Origin: Octopus sinensis
Taxonomy: Eukaryota
DNA: 64,000 nucleotides
Assembly (NCBI RefSeq): GCF_006345805.1
Contig: NC_043003.1
Span: 85,374,001 to 85,438,000, forward strand
Direction of reading: 5' to 3'
A model generated the notes under the pieces. That model did not search any database. It saw only the letters and a list, made by a program, of their open reading frames with translations, and was not told the origin of the DNA. Of the stretch, positions 12,229-27,241 are shown piece after piece. A program made the position numbers and the translations under genes. Each line of letters begins with the position of its first letter. The stretch's first letter is position 1.

Positions 12229-13120
12229 TAGGGTGGGTGGGTGGAAAGTAAGCAGGTATTAAAAATTGGTAATAAAATCCATAATCCTTTTACAAATTTA
12301 TTGAAACAAATGATACATGTTCTTTAGTATACGGGAAAATGAAAGTAAATCTTCATATTTCAATGTAAACACTAGTGGCATCAACTAGTTTCCACATACG
12401 GCCAGGGATGGAATGACCAACCTTATGAAGAACATCGTCTTAGATATCATTGAGGACCTTCTGAATCCGTGTCTCCAAGTTCTCTAGTGTGCGAGGTTTT
12501 GTTTTGTACACCACTGCTGTGTAACCCCACAGGTAAAAGTCACATGCAGTGAGATCTAGACCTCACTGGACTTCTGGATTTCTGCGGTCACAGTCTTCAG
12601 ATTCCAGCTCCTACACGTAATGGGGTTTCCACAGACGAAAATTAAATTCTTTATGTTACACCGTACGTATTGTGTCTCTTGTTGGTCCACTTCCACGAGC
12701 TACTTGACATGTTGATTTTTGCGGGCTGCAATTAAACATTTCCTGCAATGTTGTCACGTTCTCCGCTGATCGGGATGTTGTCGGACGACCACTTCTTGCA
12801 TTGTTCACAGAGCCCGTAGTCATCAGCTTTGCATGACAACTTTTATTGTCTCTGGACGTAGTCATGCATGCTTTTTTTCCATGTACGCCACCATCTTTGA
12901 ACCAAAACAATGGAATTCCACACTTGATAGCGTGCTGCTATCTTAACTCGCTCCTGAAGGGTGAAGCGACCGGCCATCTGAAAAATAAGAATTAAGACAA
13001 TAAGAAAATAAGAAATCCCCATTAGAATTGTCTGTTTAAAAAATTATTTCGTGATGACTTCAGTGATAATAAAAGTTCTATAAGCAATTTCTAATGGCTA
13101 GTTATTTTCCACCTACCCTG
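12229..13120 (-). mobile_element. Internally deleted Tc1/mariner element (DD37D/DD41D-like)
   Basis: Imperfect TIRs (C/T)AGGGTRGGTGGAAA; TA at the right end; N-terminal MAGRFTLQER...ARSGRPTTSRS joined to C-terminal SPDLTACDFYLWGY-like segment. Confidence 0.72.
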
Positions 13121-13741
13121 TATATATTTATGGAATCTTACATATATACCATTCTGCCTAAAAAATGGATCTACAAATTCAATATCCCTACATATCTCAC
13201 ATCTATTTTCTTTCCTCCACCTCACTCTCTATTTTGTATCTAAATTAATTATTACTTAACCATCCTCTCACACCGTCTCCGATGAAGGGATATAATAAAT
13301 ATTCTGGAAACAGCTGTAAGACCTTTTATCTATAAATGTTCTAATATCTACACAGCCTTGGTTTTTTTTCTCATTACACAAACATTCTTATATATATATA
13401 TATGTATGTGTGTGTATGTGTGTGTGTATGTATGTGTATGGGTCTTTGTGTGTGTGTGTGTGTGTGTGTGTATATACTCACTCGACGGGCTTCCACGGCG
13501 TTTCCGTCTACCAAATTCACTTGCAAGGCATTAGCTAACCCGAGGCTATAGTAGAAGACTGAGCCCGAAACTACGTGGTTGCAAAGCGAGTTTCTCAACC
13601 ACACAGCTTTGTTTGTGCTTATGCATCAGATTTTTGTAATAAAATTGCACAACTAATATAATTTTACAGCGAAATTCGCGTATCGATAAATTTATATGTG
13701 GGTTGAGGAGAGAAGAGAAGTCGTCCTTTTGTCTGAAAGAG

Positions 13742-13792
<51 letters not shown>

Positions 13793-14001
13793 CTTTCTCT
13801 CTCTCTCTCTCCCTCTCTGTCTCTCTCAAATCATACCCTACTGTCACATAAAAGGAAGAGCACACAAGAGTTATGTATATCTAGACACGTTATGCCAAAA
13901 TAAAGATAGATTTGTCACGACTAGAACGTTTGTGGTCTTAGGATTACATATGGAAATCATTATCCAACTCATTGACTTTATAAATTTTCTGTCTTTTGCA
14001 G

Positions 14002-14126
14002 ATTGAGAAAAAGAAGGGAACTATTGCTGTAGACGGTAGTATAGCGTATACTCCTCAGCAAGCTTGGATCTTCAACGGGACTCTCAAAGAAAATATTTTA
14101 TTTGGTCAAGAAATGGATGAGAGAAG
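14002..14126 (+). CDS. ABCC5: ABCC5-like exon 5: NBD1 Q-loop
   Basis: ttttgcAG|ATT...AGAAG|GTAAGT; [41 protein letters not shown]; 125 nt. Confidence 0.95.
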
Positions 14127-14827
14127 GTAAGTTACTACAGCATGATGGTAATCTCACGTAGTCCGAGCAACCGGCACAGATGATAGGTTTATAGTGATTA
14201 AATGTTTGTGCTGTACATTATTGGCTTATTCCCTCCACTAAATCGACTTTGAACGGGTGCACGGTGTACAATACGCCCGGTGTCGAAATGATCGCAGAGC
14301 AACGTGAGTATTTTGCTCAAGAACACAACGTACCACTCGGTCCAGGAATTGAAACCACGATCTCGCTATCGCCACACGCTTACGCACTAGACTATGCACC
14401 TTCATTAATACAGCATACACTGAATCCTTTTCCCCATATATTCTATGTTGGATAATATATAGAATTGTTTTATTTTCGTACTCTATGGTACGTTACTTTT
14501 TCTCAGATAACGGCCTTCCAGCCTGGTTTCCGAACAGTTTCTCTCTACCAAATTTCCCGCATGTAGTTTTGTTCGACTCGCAGATACTGCACAGTTGAAC
14601 TGAATTTGAAATCATGTACTTGCGAAGCAAACTTCTTAAGTGTATAGCCATGCCAATACAATACGCTGCTCTGATTGCAGAAAAATTGTGTAAATCCAAA
14701 CTAGATGGAAATCACAGTCAACGTGTTTTCTCTACGATCTATAGCTGCGAAATTACTATTGTGCAAGGCTAAATATATACTCTACTAAAAAGTAATTATT
14801 AGGTTCTCTAATAATTTCTTTAGTATT

Positions 14828-15040
14828 AGGCGGCGAGCTGACAGAAATAGTTAGCACGCTGGAGAAAATGCTTGTCGGTATTTCATTTATCTTAACGTTC
14901 TGAGTTCAAATTCCGCCGAGGTCGAATTTGCCTTTCACCCTTTCGAAGTCGATAAAATAAGTGCCAGTTGAACACTAGAGTCGAATTAATCAGCTTACCC
15001 CCGCCCCCGAAATTACTGGCTTTGGGCTAAAATTTAAATT
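14828..15040 (+). mobile_element. SINE family B copy
   Basis: GGCGGCGAGCTGACAGAAATAGTTAGC...GAGTTCAAATTCCGCCGAGGTCG. Confidence 0.8.
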
Positions 15041-15660
15041 CTGTAGTGCATACATATCGTTCAGCAGTTAAGAAGCCCTGTTCGCCGCCTCGGAGTTCCG
15101 TGTTCACGCAGCCCTGATCAAATGTTTCCTACAATACCTTTGAAATGATCCAGTAGCTTAGGAAAAAAAATTTGGAGAGGAAACTGTACGAAAACCTGTT
15201 ATGTGTATGATTTTTGCCACATCAACGCCAATTAAAACAAAACTAATATTATATCAAAATGCTATTTTAGCTAGATGTTAAAATATAGATCAATAAAATA
15301 AATATCAACTGAAAATATGCAATAGTCGATATGATCGGCAAAATATAATCTGAAATTGGGACTTCGGCATAGCCGTTGTTCAATGACTGATATCGGTTAG
15401 AAAAAGAAAATTTATCAATCAGTCTATAGCATTTCTTCAAAATTATGGCCTTATGTTGTTTCGCCAATTGTTATGACGATACATTTTTTTTTACACTATA
15501 ACCGTGTAACTTGTCATTACAAGTATTGCTCTAACCCATGTTATAACCTTTTACATGAACTCTATGTTAAAACAGCCTCTTGTAAAACTACTTTAATTTA
15601 TACTACAAACTGTTGTTACATTCTATACTTTATATATGATAATAAAAACTATACTTGCAG

Positions 15661-15733
15661 ATATGCTGCCGTCATTCAAGCCTGCTCCCTTGAAACAGAC
15701 TTGAAACTCTTTGAGGAACGAGATGAAACAGAA
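15661..15733 (+). CDS. ABCC5: ABCC5-like exon 6: NBD1
   Basis: cttgcAG|A...GAA|GTAAGT; YAAVIQACSLETDLKLFEERDETE; 73 nt. Confidence 0.94.
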
Positions 15734-16309
15734 GTAAGTTTCAGATGACAGTCGCAACTGACTGATTGGTTTAGAAGACATTCCTTCTACTAAACGGTCA
15801 GGTCTTCGATCTGCTGTAAATGTAAGGTAGTGATTGGCAGAAGCATTTAATAGTAAATTCTCACCTTAGCGAGGTAAGCTATACGTAAGTATCGTAGACC
15901 GATGAAAAGTTTTAGACAAGCTTTTGTCTGCGATGTAGGTTCAATTTTCAACCCTCATTTACCCCTCGCAACTGCGATTTCCTGTTGTAATTAACACAAC
16001 TAGCTGATTTCGAAAAATACCCACTTGGTTCAATCACCACCCATGTTTTATTTTACACATTAATGTGCAGACGTTCGGCTTGAGTACAATCAGCATCAGT
16101 CTTAACTGTCTGGAAGACCTGCAAAGATAATGAAAACTGCTCCCACTCCACACTCGGAAAAATTCCTTGGCAAACTTTCCTTTTCTACTCCTCCAGTCTC
16201 ACTATCATATATACAGATGCGCCGAGTGTGCCAATATCTAACCTCGCCTCAGTCTATCAAAGCCTGTGACCTACCAAAGTCCTTGGCATTACCTTCGGAT
16301 ACCTGGCAC

Positions 16310-16625
16310 TCCGTCGATTACGACTACGAGTGTTCAAGTTGATTCGATCAACGGATCCGCCTGCTCATGAACTTAATGTGCAAGTGGTTGAGCACTCCAC
16401 AAACACGAGTGTCCTTAACGTAGCTCTCGAGGAGATTCAGCGTGAAACAGAATGTAACAAGACTGACCCTTTGAATTACAGGTACATCTCATATTTACCA
16501 GCTGAATGAACTGGAGCAACACGAAATAAAGTGGCTTACACAAGGACACAACACGCCGCCGGGAAACGAACTCACGACCTTACGACTGTGAGCCGAATAC
16601 CTTAACCATTACGTCATGCGTCTTC
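16310..16625 (-). mobile_element. SINE family C-related copy
   Basis: Same tail as 4499-4890, with a single copy of the CCAGCTGA.TG.ACTGGAGCAA unit and a tRNA-like head. Confidence 0.75.
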
Positions 16626-16680
16626 ACTACCTTCAAATGAAAGGTTCTAGAGCCAACCAGCATTAACAACAAACTGGTCA

Positions 16681-16718
<38 letters not shown>

Positions 16719-16805
16719 CCATATCCACACGCTATCTATTCCAGTATTTCCCGGGTTTGGCTATGTTTGCCACACTTTCTCTTGTACATTAAAATCCTCA
16801 TAATG

Positions 16806-17040
16806 CCTATTTCTTTATTACCTACAAGGGGCTAAACACAGAGAGGACAAACAAGGACAGACAAACGGATTAAGTCGATTATATTGACCCCAGTGCGTAA
16901 CTGGTACTTATTTAATCGACCCCGAAAGGATGAAAGGCAAAGTCGACCTCGGCGGAATTTGAACTCAGAACATAAAGACAGACGAAATACCGCTAAGCAC
17001 TTCGCCCAGCGTGCTAACGCTTCTGCCAGCTCGCCGCCTT
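16806..17040 (-). mobile_element. SINE family B, full young copy
   Basis: Reverse complement of 47396-47630, including the CCCCTTGT.GGTA.TAAAGAAATAGG tail. Confidence 0.88.
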
Positions 17041-18439
17041 CAAAATTCTCATAATACCACCTCCAACAATTTTTCATCTCATGCAGATTATATATTTTTT
17101 CATTTGTCATTACCCTATTGCACACGAATGTCTTCAGCGTGTAGCCTAGACAAATTCCCCCCAAACCTACGCTGTTTCACTGAATAGAGCCCTCCAAAAC
17201 AATCTCAAATCGGAACATGTCTACCTAGTCTCTATTTACATCACAAGCATACAATCAGTATCAAGGAAGCGATCTCGTACCTTATTCTTCCTACTCTTGG
17301 AAAACATGCACATAAAACATTGAAAGTTACTGCAAAAGCTAGGTTCACAATTTCTGGTAATCTTTTCTTGTTACTACACAGATATCACATAGCTAAAACG
17401 ATATCCTGAAGGCCAATTTTTTACTCCAGGATCAGGAAATACTCCTAATCAGGTGAAAAAACTCTAAAAGGTTAAGCTGCCCAATAAAATGCTTGTTTCC
17501 ATCATATCTGAGACAACAGTGCAGCTACACATTAGACATTCTAGGCTGCATACAGAAGTAGACTCATATCCAGGCTCACTCCTCGCGACGTCAATTATAT
17601 CACTATCACGACTTCCTTTTTACTAGTTAGTTAGTTGCATAAGACAAGTTTCTCATAATCCTGTTGCCTTTCTATCGCTTATCACAAATTTTGTGTCTCA
17701 TTTTTCAAACTTTGTGCTAACCATTTCTCCCAAATCCTTTCTTCTCAGAGTGTCAGCTTTCTGGAATTTTCCGCCACCCCGACTAATATTGTTGTGTATG
17801 TTCCCTCTAAGCTGTGCGCTTGAACGCGTGCATACGTTTTATGACTGTGCACCAAAAGAAAAAGTACGCGCCCACAAACTTTCAAAATGAATTCGAATCT
17901 TTTTTAACTGAACTGGTTAATCTCATGGTTGGGCATATACTTTGCAAAGGAAGACAAAATTTGCATAAAGCCAACTTTTGCGCACACCTACAACAAAACT
18001 TTGAAGGAACATTGGTTATTGGTGGTATGTAGTCCCAGGTCAGCTCTAATTAAACACCCTATGTCACACAGTCAGTCATCAAATCGATTCGGTGCGATCC
18101 ACAGATCTGTTGCTTTCAGTTATATTATATCTCCCCCGAGGTGAGGACTATACTCCTGAAATGCAATGAGAAATTGTATGGAGCGCAGTGTGACAGTTTG
18201 AACATATTTCATACGACTTATTGTTCCGTCAAGTTCTGTACACCTACAGATTCTGGTAGTGGCATCGGAAGAAGTGAAGACGGTATATTCACACACAGCG
18301 CAACAGTTACTATTCCTCTCCACTTACTGGTGGCACACATCCCATACAAATTGAGGAGTTTAACGAGGTTACGAAGGTTACAGCTACTTTTGTGTATCTG
18401 TGTTTTTATGTTTGTGGACACCATAATGTTTTTTTAGGA

Positions 18440-19560
18440 TGCTCTTGTGGTAGTGTTCTGGACGTTGTATATATATGCTTAGATGTTAGGGATGATTTTC
18501 TCATGTTGTGGTAAGGACTGTGGGATTTGAGGGGGGTTTTTTGTAGAAAAAAACTATATTTTTTGTATGTCCATGTAGTTCATCATTTTTAAAATTTTGA
18601 TTTATTGTCTCCGAAGTATGTAGGGGGTCTGTCTAACCTGTTATAATGCATAGTACACTGTGCTGAGTACTTTAGTATTGTTTAACTCCAACTCCAGACC
18701 ACCTCTTATGAAGAAGACCTATGTTCTAAAGGTATTCCAACCAGGGAAACGCCGTCGTCTTTTTTATTATTTTGTTTCAGTTTCAGTGTATCTAGAATTA
18801 CATTATTCAGTGTGTCGTTTTTTAAGACGGTAGGCTGTGATTCGAAAGCGATTTGGTTGATATTTCTAACAGGGGAAGAAACAAGGTCGTGGCCCATTCA
18901 TTAACTCACTGAGTAATCTATAGTTTATTGTAATTTGTTGTAGAAAGATAGAAGACTAAGAAAAGACATATTCCACATTCGGTATGATGTATTGTTAATA
19001 CATCAAAGTAGTTTCTGCCTGTTGGGCAAATGCAGTACCCGTTTGTTTGAGTTTCGTTTTTCCATCTTTTCTAGGTTTCTAATGTGAGACAAGAAGTATA
19101 TAACTTATAGTATATTTTTATTCTCTGTGGGAAGGGAGCTTTATGCTGTTGAGTATGACGGCTGGTTGTGTTTAATGCTCACTGATTTCGCTTGAAAGCA
19201 AGGAAGCAATGGATGTAATAGGTGCTATTGTAGAAGAAACAGCTTCATAGTTGTTTGATGTAGAGTTACTCTGCTGTGTATGAAAAAATAGTGAGAGAAT
19301 GTATGATGTCATCTGCGTATGAGAAAGCCTTTACATTTTGAGTGTGAAGGTCGTACATAAGTTGAAAATAGTAAGCAAGAGGATGGATTTTTCTAGCACC
19401 TATTCGGAAAATTGCGAGTTGTTTAAGTATTGTTCTTAAATACTACATGTGATGAGTGGCTTCTCAAACAGTTTGTTACCCAACGTTTGTAGTGTTTCTT
19501 AAGGAAATGATGAGTATTTATTTTGTGCATAAATAGATCGCGGCAATGGAAGCGAAAGTT
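18440..19560 (-). mobile_element. Heavily degraded non-LTR RT fragment
   Basis: Minus-strand YADD at 19308-19319 (AFSYADDII); boundaries approximate. Confidence 0.4.
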
Positions 19561-19989
19561 TTGCAGATGTACATGATAATTAGAAAGGTTCTTGTGGAGG
19601 TTTTCTTCATGAACCCGTCTTGTGTTAAATTTCTTTTTAAGTCTTCACATTTCTTGTGTTATGTTCGTAAGAAGTGTGGTAATCGAAGCTATGGATTAAA
19701 ATCTGTGTCGTGAATTAGAGAGAAAAATACATTGATTGATGAAGCCAAATATTACCTTATTCAAATGTTCTGTGGGTGTGCACAGGATTAGGAGTTTAAA
19801 AACTATGAGAGTGTGGAAGGAGTCGATACTCATGTTTGATAGTTTTTCATTTGTTTTAAGGTTTTTTAGGATGTTTTACTTACCTGCAACTAAATCCAAG
19901 ACGATACTTAAAAAATTAACAGCACAACACGAAGTTTATTAGTGATTGATTTTAAGCAGATTCTTAAGGATCTTGATTTGTGTGTGTGT

Positions 19990-20034
<45 letters not shown>

Positions 20035-20197
20035 CGTGTGTGTGTGTGTGTGTGTGTGCACTCATTAACTGTGTGTACATGAATTTATTGTGCACACCCG
20101 GAATTTTTTCTTTTTGCATACAACTTGGAAAGTGTAGTGGCTTTACTCTAACAGAAATTACTTGTGATTAAACACCAACATAAAAAGGGAGTAATAA

Positions 20198-20824
<627 letters not shown>

Positions 20825-22498
20825 TGAAGAAAAATTAAGTAGCGCTAATGATATTTATCAATGACAATAAGAGAGAGACAACTCCGAAACTCATATCGAT
20901 AAAAAAAAATTATTGAACGAAGACATACAGTGAGTTGTGGGCTCGTAATTTGGTAAGTACAGTAACAACTCCTTAGAAATGAGAATCGATGGTTTATAGA
21001 AGGTGCTATTGGCGAGAGCCAACTCCACCACACTTTCACTAACTGCGCCTTCTATAAACCATTGACTTTCCTATCTTGATTGTATTCCCAATTCCTCTGT
21101 TTGGACAGCCCTGTTCAAGACTTTGAGACAGTGACAATACATGGCTTGTCTCTTCATTTGAGTTGAATATCCCACACACATACTATAGCACAAGCCACCC
21201 TAACTGGAGCCTGCTAAATTAGTCACACTCTGCCTTTTCCCTCATACTCATCCCACTCCCAGTGGCATACCATTCCTCTCCTTTTCCATCCCTTTCAATT
21301 CAATAATACAACAGACACATTTCCGTTTCCTCAAACACGCACAACACTCTACACGAAGAACGACGGACATGGAAACTATTCTCCATACCTCCCACGCACT
21401 AACACACACACACACACACACTCATACACACACACACACACATACATACATACATACACACGCACGCACGCACGGGTACGTACACACACACACATAGGCA
21501 TATGCCTATCTTCGCATTTGCTCTCCTGTCAAAATGTACCCTATTTAGACAACTCCCTACTTCCGGTCAGTCAGCGGCTCTTGCTGGGATTGTTCTTTGT
21601 AATGTATTCGCTTTTTCTTCCCTTTTCCCAGTTTTTCTCGTTATTTCCACTCTCTTTTTCTATTTTTCTACCATCTGAAGAGCTACGAGAAGTAATTGAA
21701 GTGGGCCAATGTCAAATTTAAATAAGGGCTAATGTGCTGAATGAGAACGCAAACAATTCTCAATTCAAGAGAAAGACAATTATCGGATCTTTTCGGTTGC
21801 TGTCATAGATTTGGAAATTTTAAAATCAAGTGAAAATTTTTGAAGTTTGGTATGTTGATGTAAACTTTCACGCTGAATCCGAATTTGGGATTCATTTATT
21901 CCAGTCAAAAAAAAAAAAAAAGAATAGAAAAATGTTACAGAGATTCAAATTTAGATTATTTTTAGCCGACTGGGAAACAGAAATTGGAGGTCATCATTTT
22001 CTGCGTCATAGCTGTCAGTCACAAAATGATTCTTATCCAAACTTGCGGTGGTGGGTGCAATGATAAAAGTATCGCAGTCGCATGCGCATAGTGTCCGTGT
22101 TACAATGAAAACGAAGTAGACTACAGCTTTGATTGTTACTATGGAAACAGACATTAATATGATTTACGGTCATATGTATAAAAGTGGATTTCGTTTGACT
22201 AAAATTACCCAAAATTTGCAAATTTTAAAAGCTGTTAACTTTTATCAATTAATTTATGGCAAAAATGAATTTCATTTTCATAATTAGCACACGAAACTAA
22301 ATCAGTATTATTAGATTTGAATGACAGCAACCGAAGTCAAGTGGTAAATGTCAGCAAATCACAAAAAGGGAGATAACAGCAAAATGTTAAGAGTGAAGCT
22401 CCTTTCACGTTATTCTGTTCTATAAAAAAATTCATTTATTTTTATCGTTGTTTTTTTAATTTTCTGGATGTTTTTTTTTCTTCTTCTTTGGTGAACAG

Positions 22499-22649
22499 TT
22501 TTTACAAGATTGTGATACTATCCTAGTTTTAGAAAATGGTCGTATCGCTCAAAATGGAACACACGATGAAATTATGCAACAAGACGGCTACTACAAGAGA
22601 GCTATAACGAGTTTTCATTCTAAAAATTTATCAAGGGATAGTTCTTCAG
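22499..22649 (+). CDS. ABCC5: ABCC5-like exon 8: end of NBD1
   Basis: aacAG|TTT...TCAG|GTAATA; FLQDCDTILVLENGRIAQNGTHDEIMQQDGYY...SSS; 151 nt. Confidence 0.92.
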
Positions 22650-22869
22650 GTAATAAGCCAACTCACTCTACACTTTCCATTTCAAATTTTGTGTGTGTGT
22701 GTGTGTGTGTGTGTAACTTTTAGTTTCACCTGTGGGTAGTCTTCTGGCAAGTTATCACTGAAAAATGATGGAAGTTGCCCACCTAAATATAATTTTACTG
22801 TCATGGGGTTGATGAAGGAGAGAAAATATAAGGGCGAAAGAAACAAAGGGAAGAAAAAGGAAACAGGAG

Positions 22870-22933
22870 AAGAAGAAGAAGAAGAAGAAGAAGAAGAAGA
22901 AGAAGAAGAAGAAGAAGAAGAAGAAGAAGAAGA
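22870..22933. repeat. (GAA)n microsatellite
   Basis: Direct reading. Confidence 0.95.
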
Positions 22934-24099
22934 AGAGGCGGAGAGGATTAGAAGGAAGAGGGAGAGGAGAAAGAAATTAAGGGAGTGTTCTGATATGGAG
23001 AATGAAGTACGTGTGCAGGTATTAGAATAGTCAAATAATGCAACGGAAAAATTCAATAGTAAAATAGCATGTAAGTAGGTGATTGAGCTTTAGAACTAAT
23101 GACAATAAAGAGTGGAAATAATTAATTAAATAAATGAATAAAATTACATGACAGTTAAAAAAATAAGTGGATATCAACAAGAGGGTGCTGATTTATAGAA
23201 ATAGTCAAAAATAGGCAGCAATTGTAGTAATAAAGTATAAGCAAAAATTATGATACAGAAAATATTTAAGGAATAAATGGAATAAATGAAAATATATATG
23301 GAAGAATACTGGGAAAAATACTGAAAAATATGATTAATTAAAATGAAAAGAAAAGAAATCATAGCAACATCAGTTGAAAAAGTAACAATTGAAGTTATGT
23401 TCGTGGATAAAGACAAATAGAATAAGAAATGAATAAAAATAAAGTGGAAAAGAATAAGACAAAGAAAAATTGCAAAATTTGGTGAGACTATGAAAATATG
23501 CAAAGAAAAAATTAAAATATATAGAAAAATACTGGAAAAAACGTTATTGAAAAGATAATTAGATATCTTCAGAAACATTTTTTTAATTAAAGGTAATAAA
23601 AATTATAAAATTTAGAGTGTAGAAGATATGTTAGATGACTGTAAGAAATGTGAAAAGAGAAATAAAAGACAAGGATAAAATAGTGAAACAAGTTAGAGTT
23701 AAAGACTTGAAGCTATGTACACCAGGCTGAGTGAGTAAATTAAGATAGAAACATAATGTCGAGACAGGTGAGAAGAACAAACGAGAGGGTGCTGAAAGTA
23801 TATAAGGATACAATATCACGTAATTTTGATAATGATGGGAATGATGATAACTAACGATAAGGGTGGCAAGTCGATATAGTATAAATAAAGAGGGGTCGAT
23901 GACATATATAGTGATACCATCGAAGGCAATAGATCCTAAATACGGCCATGTTTATGTAAAATATGTATTTACTGCTACTCTGAGAGTTCCGAATAATAGG
24001 AATGAAAGGTAAAAGAGGCAGTGGTAGACTGTGGTAATGAGGATAATGGTGAGGAAGAACTCAATGGTGGTTCCAAGGGGTGCCTTTGATTAGAATTTC

Positions 24100-24900
24100 G
24101 GGTTCACGGTTGTATTGTTACTATCCTCTTTGTGGATGAAATTCATCTGGGAGAGATAATGTCTGAATACTTGCAGACTGTACTTCCTCCTCTGCAGGAA
24201 AGAGGAGTGTCTCCTCTCTTGAATTTAGAATGATAGTTGCTGACAGGATGTTCATATTTTCCTGTTATGCACAGATTAAATCTTGTACCCCAAATGTTAT
24301 AGGCACTTGCTTTGCTAAAATACTCCACTTCATAGTCGGGTTATTTTTCCCATTGTCCTTCATGTGTCAGATATACTTAGCGATGTAAAAGTCCTCATAC
24401 TTCTATTGCAGATCGTATAAAGATATTCCTTTTTAAAAAATTCCGTGAGCCCAATATACGATTTTGCGGTATCCCCGCTTTTGTAATCGAACTCTTTCGA
24501 GAAAAATTTATTGCGACCTATTTTAATAATTACAGTTTTATAGTGCTAGATTTAAATTGTTAGTATGTTTAGTTTCCTTATTCCAATTCAGTATCTGCGA
24601 CCCTATATAACCGAGGCAGCTATAGCTGACCTTGACAGCGTTCTTATTGAATATTTTGTTATATCTGTGTTGGCTGGGAAAGTGCTTTCTTATACTAGAG
24701 AGAAAGCGTCCGGTGATATCGGTCGATAGGTTTGTACTGTAAGGTGGATTAAGCTATATCACTTTTCAGGTTCTGGGTTTACATTTCTTGATGAAAGTAG
24801 TCTCTAAATACTGTATTTGTCGGTGACACTACATATTTTCAGGACGTTCTAGGTGTATGGGGCAACTGTATTGAATATATCCCTATTAAGAGAAAGGTTG
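24100..24900 (-). mobile_element. Penelope-like element fragment (GIY-YIG region)
   Basis: Minus strand NPPYSTN (24729-24753), VKVSYSC (24615-24636), YIGLTE (24441-24458), KWSIL and NLC; frameshifted. Confidence 0.72.
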
Positions 24901-25249
24901 GAAATACCTCTACTTACATTGTCTCATTTAATTGTCGTTTTTCAGTATTTTTCTAATATTTTTCCATATATATCTTCATTAATTACATATTTTTATACCA
25001 TTCTAAGTTTTGTTTATTCACTATTACAACTGCTACTTTTGACCATTTCTTTAAATCGACACTCCTGTTGTTAGTACCCATTTATTTTTACCTTTATGTA
25101 TTTTTTTCTTTTCTTGTGATCCGTTTGGGTGTTGTCTAAGTGATACGATGCATACTCAAAGGTCGTCTGGACTTATACTTCTACCGCCATCCTTCTTTTT
25201 AACATATAGATCTAGTCAGTGTCACTGTCACTGTGAAAGCTACCAGTCA

Positions 25250-25990
25250 CTTTTAGTATCTTCCTAGTCGCGGAATTTTTCAAGTATCCAGGATAATATT
25301 TCACATGTTAGTATTAGCGCTAGCACTGCAAAACCATTGTGAGATATAGTTTTATTGCTCTGATTTCCATATCTACCTAAGTCTGCTGAAGTATTCTTTC
25401 CTCCCTCCAGCTTTACACACAGCACCAACATATGCAATATTCTCGTCAATTCCAAGTTATTTATAACATTCATCACTGGTGATAGGATAGACATTGATAT
25501 ACATGTTTCTTTCTGATTGATCATCTTTCCTCGCTTGGTTACCAAACTTATCCTAGCGAAACTCCATACCCTTGTCCCGTGAGAATGTTGCGACGAAATC
25601 TAACTACCTCTTGATATTATGAATATAACTCGAGTACAGCTTAAGGTCATCGACAAAGTGTGGGTGAAATTTATCTTCCATCTGCAGAGCCTATCGCATA
25701 GCCTTTGTATTTCCTTAAAAGGGATAACAAGGGGTTCACTGCCAAAGTGAAAAACATTACAGATAAGCTATCACCATGGAATATTCCAGTTGATAACCTA
25801 ATTCTTTTAGTGACAATAATGGCAGCCTCTGTCCTTGGACTATGTTGTTATCAGCCTCTTAATGGCATTAACTATAGTTGCTGGAACATTAACAAACTCC
25901 TTTCGTTCTTGCTGCCTACTCTTCAGTTACCACATTGTGTGTTTTGGAGTATTCCTGGAGGAGTGCATTCAAGCAGTTTGTATATATAAT
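25250..25990 (-). mobile_element. R4/Dong-type RT fragment
   Basis: Minus strand GIFHGDSLS (25762-25787) and HFVDDLKLY (25631-25660). Confidence 0.7.
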
Positions 25991-25999
25991 TTATAAAAA

Positions 26000-27241
26000 T
26001 AAATAATGCGGTTTTTTCAATTGCATGAACTAAAAGTCGGAACGGGAATGAGATAAACTACCACATCAACTTGCTATAAAAGCAGGTAGTAATTTTACAT
26101 TGCACTTATTCTTAGTGCAAGTTTTGAAGATTGCAGTTCAATTTTAACAGCTATTTTTTTTTTTCAAAGTTATAATGGAAGTGACAAAGGAGCATATTCA
26201 GCATATTTTGCTTTATGAGATCAATGAAGGTAACAACGCAACGGAAACTGCAAGGAATATTAATGCAGTATATGGGGATCGGACAATAAGCGTAAGCCTG
26301 TGTCAATGGTGGTTCCAGAAATTCCGAGCCGGAAACTACAGCCTAGAAGACGAGCCTCGTCCTGGAAGATCTGAGGAGCTCGACGATGATGTCCTGCAAA
26401 CCATGGTGGAACAAAATTCCATCATAACTGTTGAGGAACTAGCAGAAAAGCTTGGATTTGGTCATTCAACCATTCATCGACAATGCGTATCATCGGAAAA
26501 GTCAGCAAATTGGGTCAGTGGGTTTCTCACTTTCTAAGTCTAATCGCGTGCAGAGAGTGAATATGTGCTCTTCTTTGCTGTCACACCTCACAAATGAACC
26601 TTTTTTGGACTGGTGACGAGAAATGGATTCTCTATAAAAGTGTCAAGCACCGAAGACAGTGTGTAGTGAAAGGAGAAACACCGGCACCCTAGGCTAAAGA
26701 AGGTCTTCTCCCACGTAACGTGTTGTTACCTGTTTAGTGGAATATGAAAGGTTTAGTCTACTTCGAACTTTTAAACCCAAAACAAACGATAACAAAGGAG
26801 ATCTACTGCAAGCAGCTTGAGCGGCTTAAGTCAGCGCTAGAAGAAAAACGACCATCTTTGGTTTCAAAATGAAAGGTATTCTTCCATCAGGATAGTGCTC
26901 GGCCACATACAACGAGGATGACATTCCAAAGGCTGGAGCAGTTTGAATGGGAAACGATGCCCCACCCACCATATTCGCCGGACATTACCCCATCTGATTA
27001 TCATTTATTCCGCAATCTTCAAAATCATTTGGACGGAAAGAATATGAATCCTGTAGACGAGGTCATAACAGTACTAGAGGAGTATTTTTCGTCACGAAGA
27101 AGTGAATTTTGGAAGAGGTAGGCCTTGCAAGTCTACCAGATAGATGGAAGAGCATTGTAGAAAATGAAGGAGAGTTTATTTTAGATTAAACGAGAACTTT
27201 GTTTATCTTAATTTCGAAAAATTATTTATGGGATGACCCAA
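26000..27241 (+). mobile_element. Mariner (DD34D) transposon, degenerate, both TIRs damaged
   Basis: HTH ORF MEVTKEHIQHILLYE; TGDEKWILY; FHQDSARPH; HPPYSPDITPSDYHLF; 3' end ATTATTTATGGGATGACCCAA-TA. Confidence 0.92.

Noticed and set aside
23174-23578. Hydrophobic 134-aa ORF as a membrane protein
   Set aside because: Reverse complement of an A-rich low-complexity tract next to a Penelope-like fragment.
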